DNA of 64,000 nucleotides from Folioceros fuciformis (Eukaryota): NCBI GenBank assembly GCA_049999805.1, contig JBNGIO010006224.1, positions 234,361 to 298,360 of the forward strand, read 5' to 3'. Shown piece by piece: positions 51,793 to 64,000 of this stretch (position 1 is its first letter; each line of letters starts with the position of its first letter). The notes under the pieces were generated by a model. It saw only the letters and a program-made list of their open reading frames with translations, ran no database searches and was not told where the DNA came from. The position numbers and the translations under genes were made by a program.

Positions 51793-54700
51793 TGATGGTA
51801 GACAGATTTGTAACCAAACAATTAGTTGCTACTGTAGCCCGGCATTCTGAAACCGTTACACTTTCTCTGTACATATGTTTTCTATTGCACCCTACTGAAC
51901 ACACGTTTTTCTGCCTGCACACGCGTTTTCATTTCCAGCCACGGCTAGCGCATCTGCTTGCGCGGATGGCAGCCTCTAGATACTGTTATGGTATGAGAGC
52001 TTTCCTCTGAGGGTTTCATGAAAATTTTCCAGCATGCCAAGGCGACATGGAAGGGATGGCGCTAATTGCACCCAATCTCGTCTAGCACAATTTCTTTGTC
52101 CGGAGTGCAAAGAGAGGGAACTTGGCGACAAATCCTCTCCTTCACCACTGCTGAGGCACCAATGGCAAGCTTCCAAGATCTGGGCTTCAAGGAATGCTAC
52201 ACCACTGTGCTTCAGACCCGTTACAAGCTTTTCCAGAACAATTGGAGTGGAGTCTTCAAATTGCAGGATTGCAGAANNNNNNNNNNNNNNNNNNNNNNNN
52301 NNNNNNNNNNNNNNNNNNNNNNNNNNNNNNNNNNNNNNNNNNNNNNNNNNNNNNNNNNNNNNNNNNNNNNNNNNNNATGAGATTTGCCAAATCCACTTTT
52401 CAACTCTGAATTCTGAATCTAGGATTTCAAGGCCTGGTTGTCAATTTTCTTCATGCCTATGAGAGCCTTCCTGGATGCAATCTTGGGAGGACAACATATT
52501 CGATTTGTCTTTCCTATTTTACAATTTAGATTCAGAGTCAGATGAATACTCACCATTTGATTTCTCTCCTCAAGCAGTGCAGGCTAGGTTGTTACGTTAT
52601 ACTAAGTCTCCTTTTAGGTTGACTAGCAACCAAGTTAGTGCTAATATGGCAGCTAATACATCATCTGCAACATCTTCTGCAGCACCTTCTGCTGTTGTTC
52701 CCCTTAAAATTGATTTTAGGGATCGAGATAGATTCAACGAGATTGATTATGCAATCTGGTCCATTAGGGTCACTCAAATTTTGGAAGAACATGAGTTAAT
52801 GTCTGTTGTGGATGGCACTGAAATCTGCCCCACAAATCCTCCTGAGGATGTCCTAGCTTGGCAGCGTAAGGACAGAAGGGCTCGATCAATACTGATTGCA
52901 GCCCTAGACAAGACCATGATCCCACACACCATAGGTGTAGCAACCTCACATGTTGTGTGGAAGGTTTTTAAACTCATATATGAAGATAAAAGCTCAGCCT
53001 CCATGGTGCATGCATATCGTGACTTTTTCAATCTGAGAATGAAGGACACTGAGCTTGTTGAGGCCTACATTCACAAATTTAGGACCTTGAGGGCTAATTT
53101 GGCTTGTTGTGGTACTGTATTATCAGAGGTTCAGGTAGCTGTTACCCTTCTCGCCTCTCTACCGGACACATATAGCCAGCTGGTGAGTTCACAAAATGCT
53201 ACCATACGCGCTGCAGTTCAAGCAACAACTGCGGGCCAACAACCTACTGTGACCTTAGAAGAAGTGATCGGAGCACTTTTGGCAGAGGATCGCTCAAGAT
53301 CTCTTCTCAAGAATAAAGGCTCTTCAAGCAACAACCCCAATCGAGTACTTTTTGCATCAAGAGGGAAAGGTGGATATTGAGGATGTGGCCGAGGACGAGG
53401 CATGCCCTACCAATCTCCATCGAGTCAGCAAGGCACACAGAAGAAGGTTTTCACCTATAATTGGTGTAAAATACCAGGGCATTACGAGAGGGATTGCCGG
53501 AAGAAGAAGAGTGGTGAGCCAAAGCGGGAGTCCACTACCCAAGAGTTTAACATGGCTGTAGCTCAAGCTAAGACACCTTCTATCCTTGCTGTTTGCCTCA
53601 ATTCAGTAGTTGTTCAGCGAGATAGATGGTTTCTGGACTCTAGTGCAACGAGTCACATTTGCATCGATAAACGTGCTTTCTCATCTTTCATCCCTTCCAA
53701 TGACGGCCTGCAATTTGTGTTGCTATGGGATGATAGTGGTTTGTCTATCAAAGGCAAGGGTTCTGTCCTTATTAGGTTGCCCAGTGGAGGGAGTCTCACC
53801 CTTATACATGTACTCTACGTACCTGCTATGACAAAAAATTTGATGTCTGTTCTAAAACTTTCCGAGGAGCATATTTGTCAAATATGTTTTGATCACATAA
53901 GTTGCAAAATATCTAGCGTAGACACTGGTTTACAGTTGTTTTCAGGTCAGCTTTATAATGATCTTTACTTGTTGGATGTTTACACTCTGCCACTTTCTAT
54001 GCCCTCTACACATGTTGCTCAGTCACAGTCTAGCATGTACCTTTGGCATTGTCGCCTTAGACACGTAAATTTTCAGCATTTGTCTACTTTAGCAAATAGT
54101 GGGAGTTTTCGTGATACCTTGACTTTCACTTCTGATCCCCGTCCTTTTTGTGGCTCTTGTGCCATGAGCAAGGCTCATTCATTGCCTTTTAAGGACATAC
54201 TACCAACTAGAGCTACTACTATTTTGGAGACCATTCATAGTGATGTTTGTGGCCCCATGTCCACAGTTTCTTTTGGCGGTGCATCTTACTTTGTCACCTT
54301 TGTAGATGAGTGGTCAAGATATTGTACAGTGTATCCTAACAAACATAAGAGTGAAGTTTCAGATTGTTTTCAATCTTTTGTGCGACATGCCCAAAGGAAG
54401 ACTGGAGCACGTGTGAAGATTATTAGGTCTGATAATGGCGGAGAATATACAAGTCGGGCATTTAAGGACTTCTGTGAAGCAGAAGGAATTCAACATCAGC
54501 TTACAGTGTCATACACTCCAGCACAAAATTCTTTTGCGGAGAGGAAGAACATAACTCTTCAGGAGGCTACTTTGGCTAGTTTGTTGTTTGCTGGCCTCAC
54601 AGGGGCACATTGGGCAGAGGCTCTTGTCGCCACCAACTATATTCAGAATCGGTTGCCTACAAAAGAGTTGGGATTAACAACCCCTTATGAGCTTTGGACA

Positions 54701-57383
54701 GGCAAGAAACCTCACATTCCTTATTTGCGTGTGTTTGGTTCTCCTGCATATTCCTTCATTCCTCGTGAGTTTGTGAACTAAGCTGGATCCAAAGGCACAT
54801 CGACGTATATTTGTTGGCTATTCTGATGATGTGAAGGGGTACAAACTTTTTGATCCTGCCACTCGCTCACTGACTATTTCTCGAAATGTTATTTTTAATG
54901 AGCATATTTTACTTCAACGACATTTTCAACAAATACAAGCTCATAGTGAGGATTCTTCTTCTATCTTTGGTGTTCAAGATGATGAGCCCCTTGAACCTTC
55001 CATGGTGACTCTCTATGACGATGATGAGGAGCTTATGGATTCAGAGGGGGACAACACTCCACCGCAACAGCTAGTTCCACCTCAGTTGTCACAGTTAGCT
55101 CCGGCGCAACCAGCTCAACCCCAACAGCTAGAGCTTCAACCACCACAGTTGCCAGCATCTCCTATTGTTATTCCCAATTTGGATGTCGCACCAGATCCTC
55201 CTGTTGCTGAACAATTGCCTGTTGATGTAGCTGCAGATAACATAGAATCCATAAAACTTCCTTCTTTGCGTCGTTCCACAAGACTTCGTTATCCCATAGA
55301 AGAGTGGAAACCATATTATGTTGTAGGTATGGTCATAGATAACCCTCTTTCTCAAGCTTTTGTTCTCAATGCTGCTACTTCTTTAGATGAACCCATAAGC
55401 GACAGGGAAGCTATAGAAGGTCTTTAGGGAGAGCATTGGAAGAAGGCAATAGAATCTGAATACTCCTCTCTCATCTAGAATAAGACATGGAAGGAAGTTG
55501 ACTTACCCCCCGGTCGCAAGCCCGTTGCTTGCAAGTGGATTTTCAAAAAAAATTAAATACAGATAGTAGCGTGGGGCGGTATAAGGCTAGGTTAGTAGCC
55601 AAAGGATATAGCCAAGTCCCTGGTCTAGACTATAATGAGACTTTTGCCCCTATAGTAAAAGCAACTTTCGTTAGAATTCTATTAGCAATTGCAGCCCATT
55701 TCAATTTGACTGTTCACCAACTAGATGTAAAAACTGCTTTTTTGCATGGCCAACTAAAGGAAGACATATATATGTGTCAGCCAGAAGGTTACATCAAGAA
55801 CCCTCACAAAGTTTTGAAGCTGCTCAAGACCTTGTATGGCCTCAAACAATCATCAAGAGCATGGAACAAAGTGTTTCACCAGATGCTGATTGAGCTAGGC
55901 TTCGTATGTTTGGATGCTGACTCTAGTGTTTACATTTTGTGTGAGGGCCAAGATTTTATAATTCTCTCTGTATATGTTGACGATAATTTCCTTTTCAGTT
56001 CCTCAACAATTTTGATGGACAAGATCAAAAGAATTTTGCTAACTAGATTTGAAATGTTCGACTTGGGTGAACTCTCTTTTTCCTTGGGTGTCCAATTTCA
56101 CTTTAATCATGCTGACCACACAATAGACATCCACCAAGAGCACTATGTGCTGCAGCTTTTGCGACGTTTCCAAATGGAGGATGCTAAGCCTGTGGCCACT
56201 CCCATGGTGGTTGGTGGGAAGCTTTCGAAGGAGATCTCACCTACTACATTGGCTGAGAAAGAAGAGATGGCTAATAAGCCATATAGACAGGCTGTAGGTT
56301 GTTTGTTATATCTAGCTGAATGGACACGCTTAGATATCAGTAAGGCTGTCAACAATGTGAGCCAGTTCATGGAGAATCCAGGTTTGGAACATTAGACTGC
56401 AGTAAAACGAATTTTTCGTTACCTAAAGGAGACACCCAGGAAAGGCCTTAAGTACTTTAAACAGCATGATGGATTAGGATTGTCAGCATATTGTGATGCA
56501 GACTGGGCTGGGGACCCAAATACTAGGAGGAGTGTAGCTGCATACTTCTATTTTCTTGGTGGCTCAGTTGTCTCATGGTCGAGTAAGAAGTTGCCCATCA
56601 TATGCTTATCAAGTACCGAAGCCGAGTATGGAGCCATGACTCAAGCATCGAAGGAGATTTTATGGATTCGAACTTTTTTGAAGGGCTTACATCAGCTCCC
56701 AACAGGGCCAACTCAACTCCTATGTGATAGTCAATCGGCCATAGCTCTATCTCAAAATCCTGTATTTCATGCGAGAACAAAGCACATAGAGATAACACAC
56801 CATTTTATTCGTCAAGCAGCTGACAACAAGGAAGTATATGTTGAGTATGTTCCTACTAGTGAGAATGTTGCTGACCTACTGACTAAAGCACTTCCCAAGT
56901 CTGTTCATGAGAAGCACACGTTAGCAACTGGTGTTCAACAAATTTCATCAAGCGCCAAGGTTGGGACTGCTCACTAAGATCCATTTTCGATGGAGTTCAT
57001 GCATTACATTAACTCTGTTTAGTCTAAGGATTCAGATTTGTTATTAGCGGACTACACTAGAACTAAGCCAAGGTTGGGACTGCTCACTAAGATCCATTTT
57101 CGATGGAGTTCATGCATTACATTCACTCTGTTTAGTCTAAGGATTCAGATTTGTTATTAGCGGACTACACTAGAACTAAGTGGGAGTGATGGTAGACAGA
57201 TTTGTAACCATACAATTTAGTTGCTACTGTAGCCCGGCATTCCGAAACCGTTACATTTCCTATGTACATATATTTTCTGTTGCACCCTAATGAACACACG
57301 TTTTTCTGCTTGCGCACGCGTTTTCGTTTCCAGCCACGGCTCGCGCATCTGCCTGCGCGGATGGCAGCCTCTAGATATTGTTA
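51793..57383 (+). mobile_element. Full-length Ty1/copia LTR retrotransposon, inactivated
   Basis: LTRs 51793-51988 and 57187-57383; PBS tggtatgagagc at 51989; PPT aagtgggag; gag, protease WFLDSSATSH, LWHCRL, integrase IHSDVCGP/RSDNGGEY, RT YVDD, RNase H YCDADWAG in copia order; in-frame stops and frameshifts; (a)gctc target duplication; 100-N gap at 52277-52376. Confidence 0.96.
56954..57179. repeat. Tandem duplication, 2 x 113 bp, at the copia 3' end
   Basis: gccaaggttgggactgctcactaag.. starts at 56954 and 57067. Confidence 0.93.
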
Positions 57384-57744
57384 GCTCCAGCTTGGTTGTG
57401 AGACTCCATCTTCACCTAGGAGCTCCATTAGGCTTGACAAGGGCAAACCATGAGGGAGGGCATGAGTTGGTGTTGTGTCTCCATAAACTTAGTTTAGCCC
57501 CCACCTTACGCAAACCTGTTATGGAATGATTCGCTTCGACCGAGGCATGCGATCCCGGATAGCAAACGTCAATGCCTCTTTCCAACCGCCCTTGCATGTA
57601 GCAGGGTCATCAGAAGCTTGAGGAATAAAAAAAAACTTGAAGTCCCTAGATAAAAATTATTTACCAAGGTCTGCCCTCGCAGGCAGCGACATGGCCGCCA
57701 GACGTTCCCATGATTCCCGAAAAAGGCATTCCGTCTTGGTCTCA

Positions 57745-58021
57745 GCGTTCCTTGTCAAACTCACATACTGTATTACATATCGAGAATGAAAACTTACAGA
57801 ATATGGATGCCAGTGTGTGCCGCGTGAACAGTCGTCAATGGACTTGGGGAATCGGTTGTTGCAAGCCTCGATCGTCGTTGGTGGATTTGGCGGAGCTGGG
57901 CGGCCTCGTCGTACTTTTTTGCAACACGTGTAATAGTGTCCGGCGTACGGCTGACCTACAGTAGTGAGTCGTAGCATTGGTCGTGACCCCGCAAGACGGA
58001 CGTGACTAAAGGTTGTACATC
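57745..58021. repeat. Dispersed direct repeat, copy 2 (partner at 47085-47443)
   Basis: Colinear similarity to copy 1, same orientation. Confidence 0.85.
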
Positions 58022-58587
58022 CCCAGGTGAAGCCGATTTGGGGGCGGGAATGAATGAATCCTACCGGTACAGCATGCCGCACGTATGTCGGGCCTCGCAC
58101 CGAGGTGACGGAAATCATGGCAGGCAGGGGCAGGGGCCGGGCTTATGAACGGCGTGGTGGGCAGTAGATACCGATCGGCAACCTGCTTGATTGGGAATGC
58201 ACGCAAGGAATAGGGTGTGGGATGCCCTTCCTTTTCCTGTTCCTTTTTCGGAGCTCGGGATTGCGTTCCCGGAGGCACAGCAGCCTATATCAGGCGCCGC
58301 CTTGACGTCCAGTTACAGGACGGCATTGCCTGTGCTCGGGGAGGCAGATGTAGGACCAGGTAAGGACGCCTCTTCACACAACCTTGGTGGCCCCCGCTTG
58401 ACGGCCGCCCATGTCGCAACTGTCTCCCTGCAATTCGTTCACTTGTTGACGAGGCCAGCAGTCTTGTTGAGGGATGGCGACGGTTTGCTACAGACCCGGC
58501 ACATGTCCAGCTCTGATGCCTGAGTCATGAGATTTTATTTTATTTAGTTATTTTTATATTTTAATTATCAACATTGTTGTCATGAAA

Positions 58588-58659
58588 TCCGTAATAGTCT
58601 AGTGGTTAGGATACCTGGCTTTCACCCAGGCGACCCGGGTTCGAGCCCCGGTTACGGAA
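58588..58659 (+). tRNA. tRNA-Glu (anticodon TTC)
   Basis: 72-nt cloverleaf: acceptor TCCGTAA/TTACGGA, anticodon stem CCTGG/CCAGG with loop CT-TTC-AC, T arm CCGGG-TTCGAGC-CCCGG. Confidence 0.96.
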
Positions 58660-59390
58660 ACTTAATCCTTTGGCCTGCGGCAAGAAATCCTTTTCTACCG
58701 AAATATAATAAATCTGCGTAACAGGTCCAGGGATTACTGAAAATTCTCACACTCATCGGTGGAGACAAAAGTCACACACTCGCTCCGTGGACGCGCTCCA
58801 GTACGGCTCCATGGACGCACTCCGGTACATACAGATGTAGGGCTGGTGGCACTTGTTGGCCCAGGACGGGGCTATGGTCTGGCGATGGCGTGCGAATGAG
58901 ACGTCAAGGCAGTGGGCCCGAGGGCAGATGATGGCAACTGGTCGGCGCAAGCCATTGGCACATTGCGCATCCTATGCGTCCAAGCACAGGCCAGATTCCT
59001 TTGCTAATCAAAGCTTGTGAGGGCCCTGAGCGCTGGATGGGACAGAGGCACCGCCACCTCCGTGAGCGCGGACACGGTAGGGTTGGGTATAACAACCAAG
59101 CAGTGGTCGGTGCGGTCGACTGGCGTTTGGGGTCCGAACGATAACTGCAACCACTGCTGCTTCTGTTCCTGGCCGCTGGTGAGACGTGAAATTTCCTCCC
59201 ATGAGATGCTCAGACGTAACCCCTGTGGCAGCACCAGGAGGCAGGCAGGTTTCTGGGGAGGTGGGGACGCGAGGGAAGAATAAAACGAAGGGGAGAGAGA
59301 CACGTTGCTCATCACATTCGCCTTCCCACTCGGTTCCAGTTCGTCTAGGGGCTCGGCCCCTGCTCTTGCCCCAGCGCCGCCTCCCCTTCA

Positions 59391-59550
59391 CATCGCCTCA
59401 CTTCCACTCACTTCCCCCCACTGCCCCTCACTTCGCCTCACTTCGCCTCACTTCGCCTCACTTCGCCTCACATCGCCTCACTTCGCCTCACATCGCCTCA
59501 CATCGCCTCACATCGCCTCACATCGCCTCACATCACCTCACCTCACCTCA
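59391..59550. repeat. 10-bp minisatellite (c[t/a]tcgcctca)n
   Basis: More than 10 near-perfect units upstream of the glucanase gene. Confidence 0.93.
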
Positions 59551-60076
59551 CCTTTCCTCCCGCCTCGCCTCGCCTCTGCGGCTCCGCACGCTCGTGTATC
59601 GGGCAATGCGCCTGGATCGCACGCTGCAGGTGTGGACCTAATCGCACTGGAACCCCCCCACTTCACCTCACTCGGCAATCCCAAACTCAGGTTGGTGGCT
59701 TCAGCATCCGGGAGCCAAGCTGCTTGTTCGTTTGGATTTCGGTATGCTTGGCAGTAGAGTATGCATTGCTTCCCCTCCGCCCGTTCCGTGATGGAGATGG
59801 ATGACGGCCTCTTCTCCTCCCCCTTCTGCTTCATCCTTCCTCTGCGCACGGCAATTTGTTTCCTAGTCAGTTCAGGACGATCACTTTCAGTCGGGGATCG
59901 GAGTGCATCCCTCGCCACCACCACCTCGGGCTCATCGTTTATCTCATTCCCTGCTCGTTTTACATGACAGGTCTGACACCCAGCCAGCCGTCAAGTAGAA
60001 TGCTCATCGCCTGATCCGGGGACTGCCAGCCTCTACACGTCGCCTCTCGTGTGCACGCTGCTTGACGCCACCCTCA

Positions 60077-62074
60077 ATGGCCGTGTCCCGGTTTGCAGGT
60101 TCCGGTGCCAGGAAGGACGCTCTTGTGGCCCTCCTTCTCCTGCATTTGGTCCTGGTGGCGGGACTCGAGGAGGATGGTACGTTCTCAGCCTTTGTCGCAT
60201 GTTTCTGCCAGCTAGGGAGGATGGTGACACAGGAGCTCGGGAGGATGGGTGTCGCAATCGCTGTGTCTCACCCCGCTATTGCTCCTGCCCTTGCCTTGCA
60301 GCTTATTCCCCCAATCCGGCGTATCCCACCATGGGTGTGAACTACGGGCGTGTGGCGGACAACCTGCCTCCTCCCGCGCAGGTGGTGCAGATCATTAAGA
60401 ACTTGAACATTGGGAACGTGAGGATTTTCGACCACGACGCCGAGGTCATCGGTGCCTTTGCTGGCTCCGGCATTGGGCTTGTGATCGGGGTCACCAACAC
60501 GGAAGTGATCGGGATCGGGCAGAGCAACACGACCGCCACACAGTGGGTGGCACAGAATGTCGTCCCCTTCTATCCGGCCACCAAGATCACAACGATCGTG
60601 GTGGGGAACGAGCTCCTGTCTTACTACGGTGCGCAGGATGTTCAAGCGTGGTATCAGATCAATCCAGCTATACTCAATCTGTACTCGTAAGTGCGCCTGC
60701 CATTTCCGCGTTCGGGTCTTCTAGCCAGGCCAGGCCAGGCCACAATTTTGCTGTCACAGTGAACCAACAGTCTGTCTCCTTGGCTCACTCCTGTTTGGTG
60801 CAGGGCGCTCAAGGTGTTGAATCTGCACCACCAGATAAAAATTTCCACAGTCATCGCCTACGACGCGCTCAACAGTTCGTATCCTCCTTCGGCTGGGAGC
60901 TTCCGTCCAGACATCGCGGAGCCGGTGATCAAGCCGCTTCTCAAATTCCTCAACACCACAGCTTCCTACTTCATGATCAACGTGTATCCCTACTTCGCAT
61001 ACGCCAGCAATCCCAACATCTCCCTGGACTACGCTACCTTCGGCTCAGCATCTGTGCCAGTAGCCGACGGACAATTGAGCTACACCAGCTTGTTGGATGC
61101 TCAGCTCGATGCTCTCCACTTTGCCATCGCCAGGTTGGGCTACCCAGGCGTCAGGATATCCGTCACGGAGACTGGATGGCCTACCAAAGGGGACGCAGAT
61201 CAGCTTGGGACAGGGATCCCCAATGCAGCGAACTACAACAGAAGACTGGTGCGCAAGGTTGTATCAGCCGAGGGCACACCGGCAATGCCAGGTGTGTTCA
61301 TCCCGACCTTCATCTTCGCCCTCTTCAACGAAAACTTGAAACCAGGGCCGACCACAGAGCGCAACTGGGGCCTGGACTATCCGGATGGTACCCCTGTGTA
61401 TCCCATCGACCTCACGGGCCGAACACCAGAGGCCAGCTATCCTCCGCTTTCTGCAAGCAGCCCTCCACCCCCAGCTCCAAATGCCCTTCCTCCCTCTCCA
61501 CTCCCAACCTCGTCCTCCCAGCCTCCTCCCCCTCCCACTCCCTTTCTGCCGCCCCAGAGCTCTCCACCTGTGCCTTCTGTTCCTTCTGTGCCTCCTCCAA
61601 CCAATGCTGGGTTGAGTCCCCCTGGAGTTCCACCTCCAGTGTCTCCTGGCGCACCTCCTGCTCCCGCTTCCACCCCTTCTGGGATTGGAACCACGCAGTG
61701 GTGCACTGTGAACCCTGCTGCCAGTCTGGATTCCATTCAGGCTGCTCTGGACTACGCTTGCGGTGTTGCCAACTGCGCCCCTATTCAGATTGGGCAGCTT
61801 TGCTATGACCCCGACACTTTGCACTTCCATGCATCCTGGGCATTCAACAGCTACTATCAGCAGACCAGGGGTGCAGGGGGGACCTGTTTATTCGGCGGGG
61901 CTGCGATTCTCACTAGCACCAATCCTAGTAAGTGGAATGTGAATGCCGTATCGTGTGCTATCCAGTCTGCTTGCAGCCCGTGGCTTCCGATTCGGAATTC
62001 CCTAGAATCTAACAAGATGTCTCTACCTGAATGTTGCAGGTTTGAACGGGTGTATCTTTCCTGGAAGCACCTAG
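60077..62074 (+). CDS. Glucan endo-1,3-beta-glucosidase (GH17) with Pro-rich linker and X8/CBM43 domain, 4 exons
   Basis: Exons 60077-60176, 60302-60686, 60804-61927, 62040-62074. Signal peptide, GVNYGRVADNLP, VGNE, VTETGWPT, FALFNENLKPG, X8 WCTV..ALDYACG..CYDPDT..ASWAFNSYYQ. Confidence 0.96.
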
Positions 62075-64000
62075 TCTGAAAGTGCCCGAGGGGATGGTGG
62101 TAGGCACATGTGGAGCAGAAGTAGGTGTAACACAGGTTGTTTGCTCTGGGGAGCACAGCTAATTTCGTCTAACCAGATCCTGCAGGCAACTTCCAAACTG
62201 GCAAGCATGTGCAGCTGGGCATGTTCGCAGCCCTGACCAGTCACGTAGAAGTCAATGATGGCTTAGGATTGGTCCTTCAGCACTAGAGTAGGAGCACAGA
62301 GGTTGACACCAGGTCGGGACATTTTTTTGACCCCTGTTGCATTTTACAAGGAAGTGATGTAGTGCAGTAGTAGACAGTTTCATGTAACAAGTAGAAGATG
62401 CTGTGGATGAGAACTGGGAATCTCCCAACTGGTTGTACACATCTACATGTGTAACCAAAGTCAGGACATTTGCCTGAATCAGGATGATCACATCGCCTGC
62501 CCGCATGCGCTTCTGTTGTTCAGAAAACTGCAGGGAAACTAAAACCACGTCAGCAGCAGACTTCCTTTCCCGATCCGAACCTGCCCATCCAAGTCTTTGT
62601 TGCCCTTGAATATTAATACAAGAAGAAGACGGAAGACTACGATGGGTTGCACCAAATCTCCCGTTGACGACGGGAAGAGCGGGGTCAAGAATGACAAGGA
62701 AGGATCCCGTCCTTTCTTGCAATTTGTCGACGGAAAAAGGAGGAGGGAAAGCTAAAAAGGACAGTAACAGGCGGACTTGGAAGAAGACAGCCAAAACTGC
62801 ACCAACCATGGAACTTTCGTTGCCGGTCAAGAGGGGGAGATTGTATATTCATATTTTGGAGCTGATGCGACCTAATTCGGTGAAGATTGTAGTTTGCAGC
62901 TGGATGGAAGCTGACACGGAGTTCATGTGCAGATTTGATGAATCGGTGCGCATCAAGCTCCCGAAGAGAGACAAGACATGAGGTTGAAGAAGACAAGACA
63001 GGAAGTTATAAGGAGTTTGACTACACAAGTACAAGATCGAGAACCCCCAAAAATATTATTTTAAATTATTTATTCTTAATATATTTTAATATATTTCCTC
63101 TCTTCCATGTAAACACTGTTGCCAATTATTCTCGATATTTTTTCCGTTATCTCCTCTCTTTTATTTATTTATATTTAATTTTCTTTTCCTCAATTTGGTT
63201 GTATTGTTTAACATGTTTCTTTTTTCACTTGTCTCTATCTTTTATGCTTCTTTGGTGGGTTGCAAAAGGTAAGGATGTCATGCCAACTCTTAGGTCCAAT
63301 GGCTACTCTAAGTAAACACCATACTAAGTCTATGAAACACAACACTTGGTTTGTCTAAAGACACTAATAATATGGCATAAGCTGCTTTATGGCCACATTC
63401 TCATAAATGTCCATCCATATGGTTTATTTGATGTGTGATTGTTAGTGCCCATTGAGAGCAAATGACAAGACCACCCCACACACTCGAGCAACAAGGGCAA
63501 AATCTTCATGAAAAGTGGCCCTCCTTGAAAGTAATGAAACTAGAGCCCCCTCCCGAACAGCCATCAAACAAGCTTACGATTGGGTTACACAATGAAGAAT
63601 TGATTTAATTATGGAGTTCCAATAACTTCATGTCTAACCATTATTCCTATGAAGGAACACTTAAAATGGTCATTAGATTAAACAATAGCCATTAGGGTTG
63701 GCGTAACATGCTGACCCCAATACAAGTTGACAAAAACATTTGTGATGCATAGAATATCATGACCATAATACCAGACCATAAGTAGAATGTAAGTGAACAT
63801 TCATGTATGATAATAATAATGAAACAAAACCCCATAGTACTATATAATACATACAAATGTAATACATGACCTATAGTTAAGAGGACATAAGGCAAGTAAG
63901 TAACTCTTTAAAAACACTCAGTATATTTTTTTTCACCATGATTGATATCATTGTTAATACACCTTAGAAATTGCAACCCTTGTAAAACAATACACAACTT

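Noticed and set aside
53378-53380. In-frame TGA within copia gag-pol as programmed readthrough
   Set aside because: Lies in an RG-rich run, consistent with CGA>TGA decay, and the element has several other lesions.
47750-57648. tagggac / gtcccta as hAT terminal inverted repeats
   Set aside because: Only 7 bp match and there is no 8-bp target-site duplication.
62252-63315. ORFs after the glucanase gene
   Set aside because: No recognisable domain or consistent splice model; grades into AT-rich repeat-like DNA.

Overview
Gene-dense nuclear DNA from a land plant. The very short GT-AG introns (mostly about 80-200 nt) and compact spacing suggest a hornwort- or lycophyte-like genome; that assignment is inference only. 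Genes in order: subfamily II bHLH (EAT1/bHLH10/89/91-like); two head-to-head cytosolic HSP90 genes, one canonical and one divergent ending in MEELD, separated by an AT-rich insert carrying a Mug135/DUF1773-like ORF; FAM133-like protein; NAT10 RNA cytidine acetyltransferase (about 26 exons); violaxanthin de-epoxidase-related protein; CPP1-like (DUF3353) protein; an unannotated ~1000-aa protein joining ankyrin-like repeats to an AT2G40390/AT5G64190-type domain; an intronless subtilase; a synaptotagmin; a transposon island (hAT remnant, LINE ORF1 remnant, nested full-length Ty1/copia with non-CA LTR ends); tRNA-Glu(TTC); and a GH17-X8 beta-1,3-glucanase. Best leads are the ankyrin fusion protein, the fungal-type Mug135 ORF and the divergent HSP90. 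Exon models were built by eye, and all homology calls come from remembered motifs, not searches.
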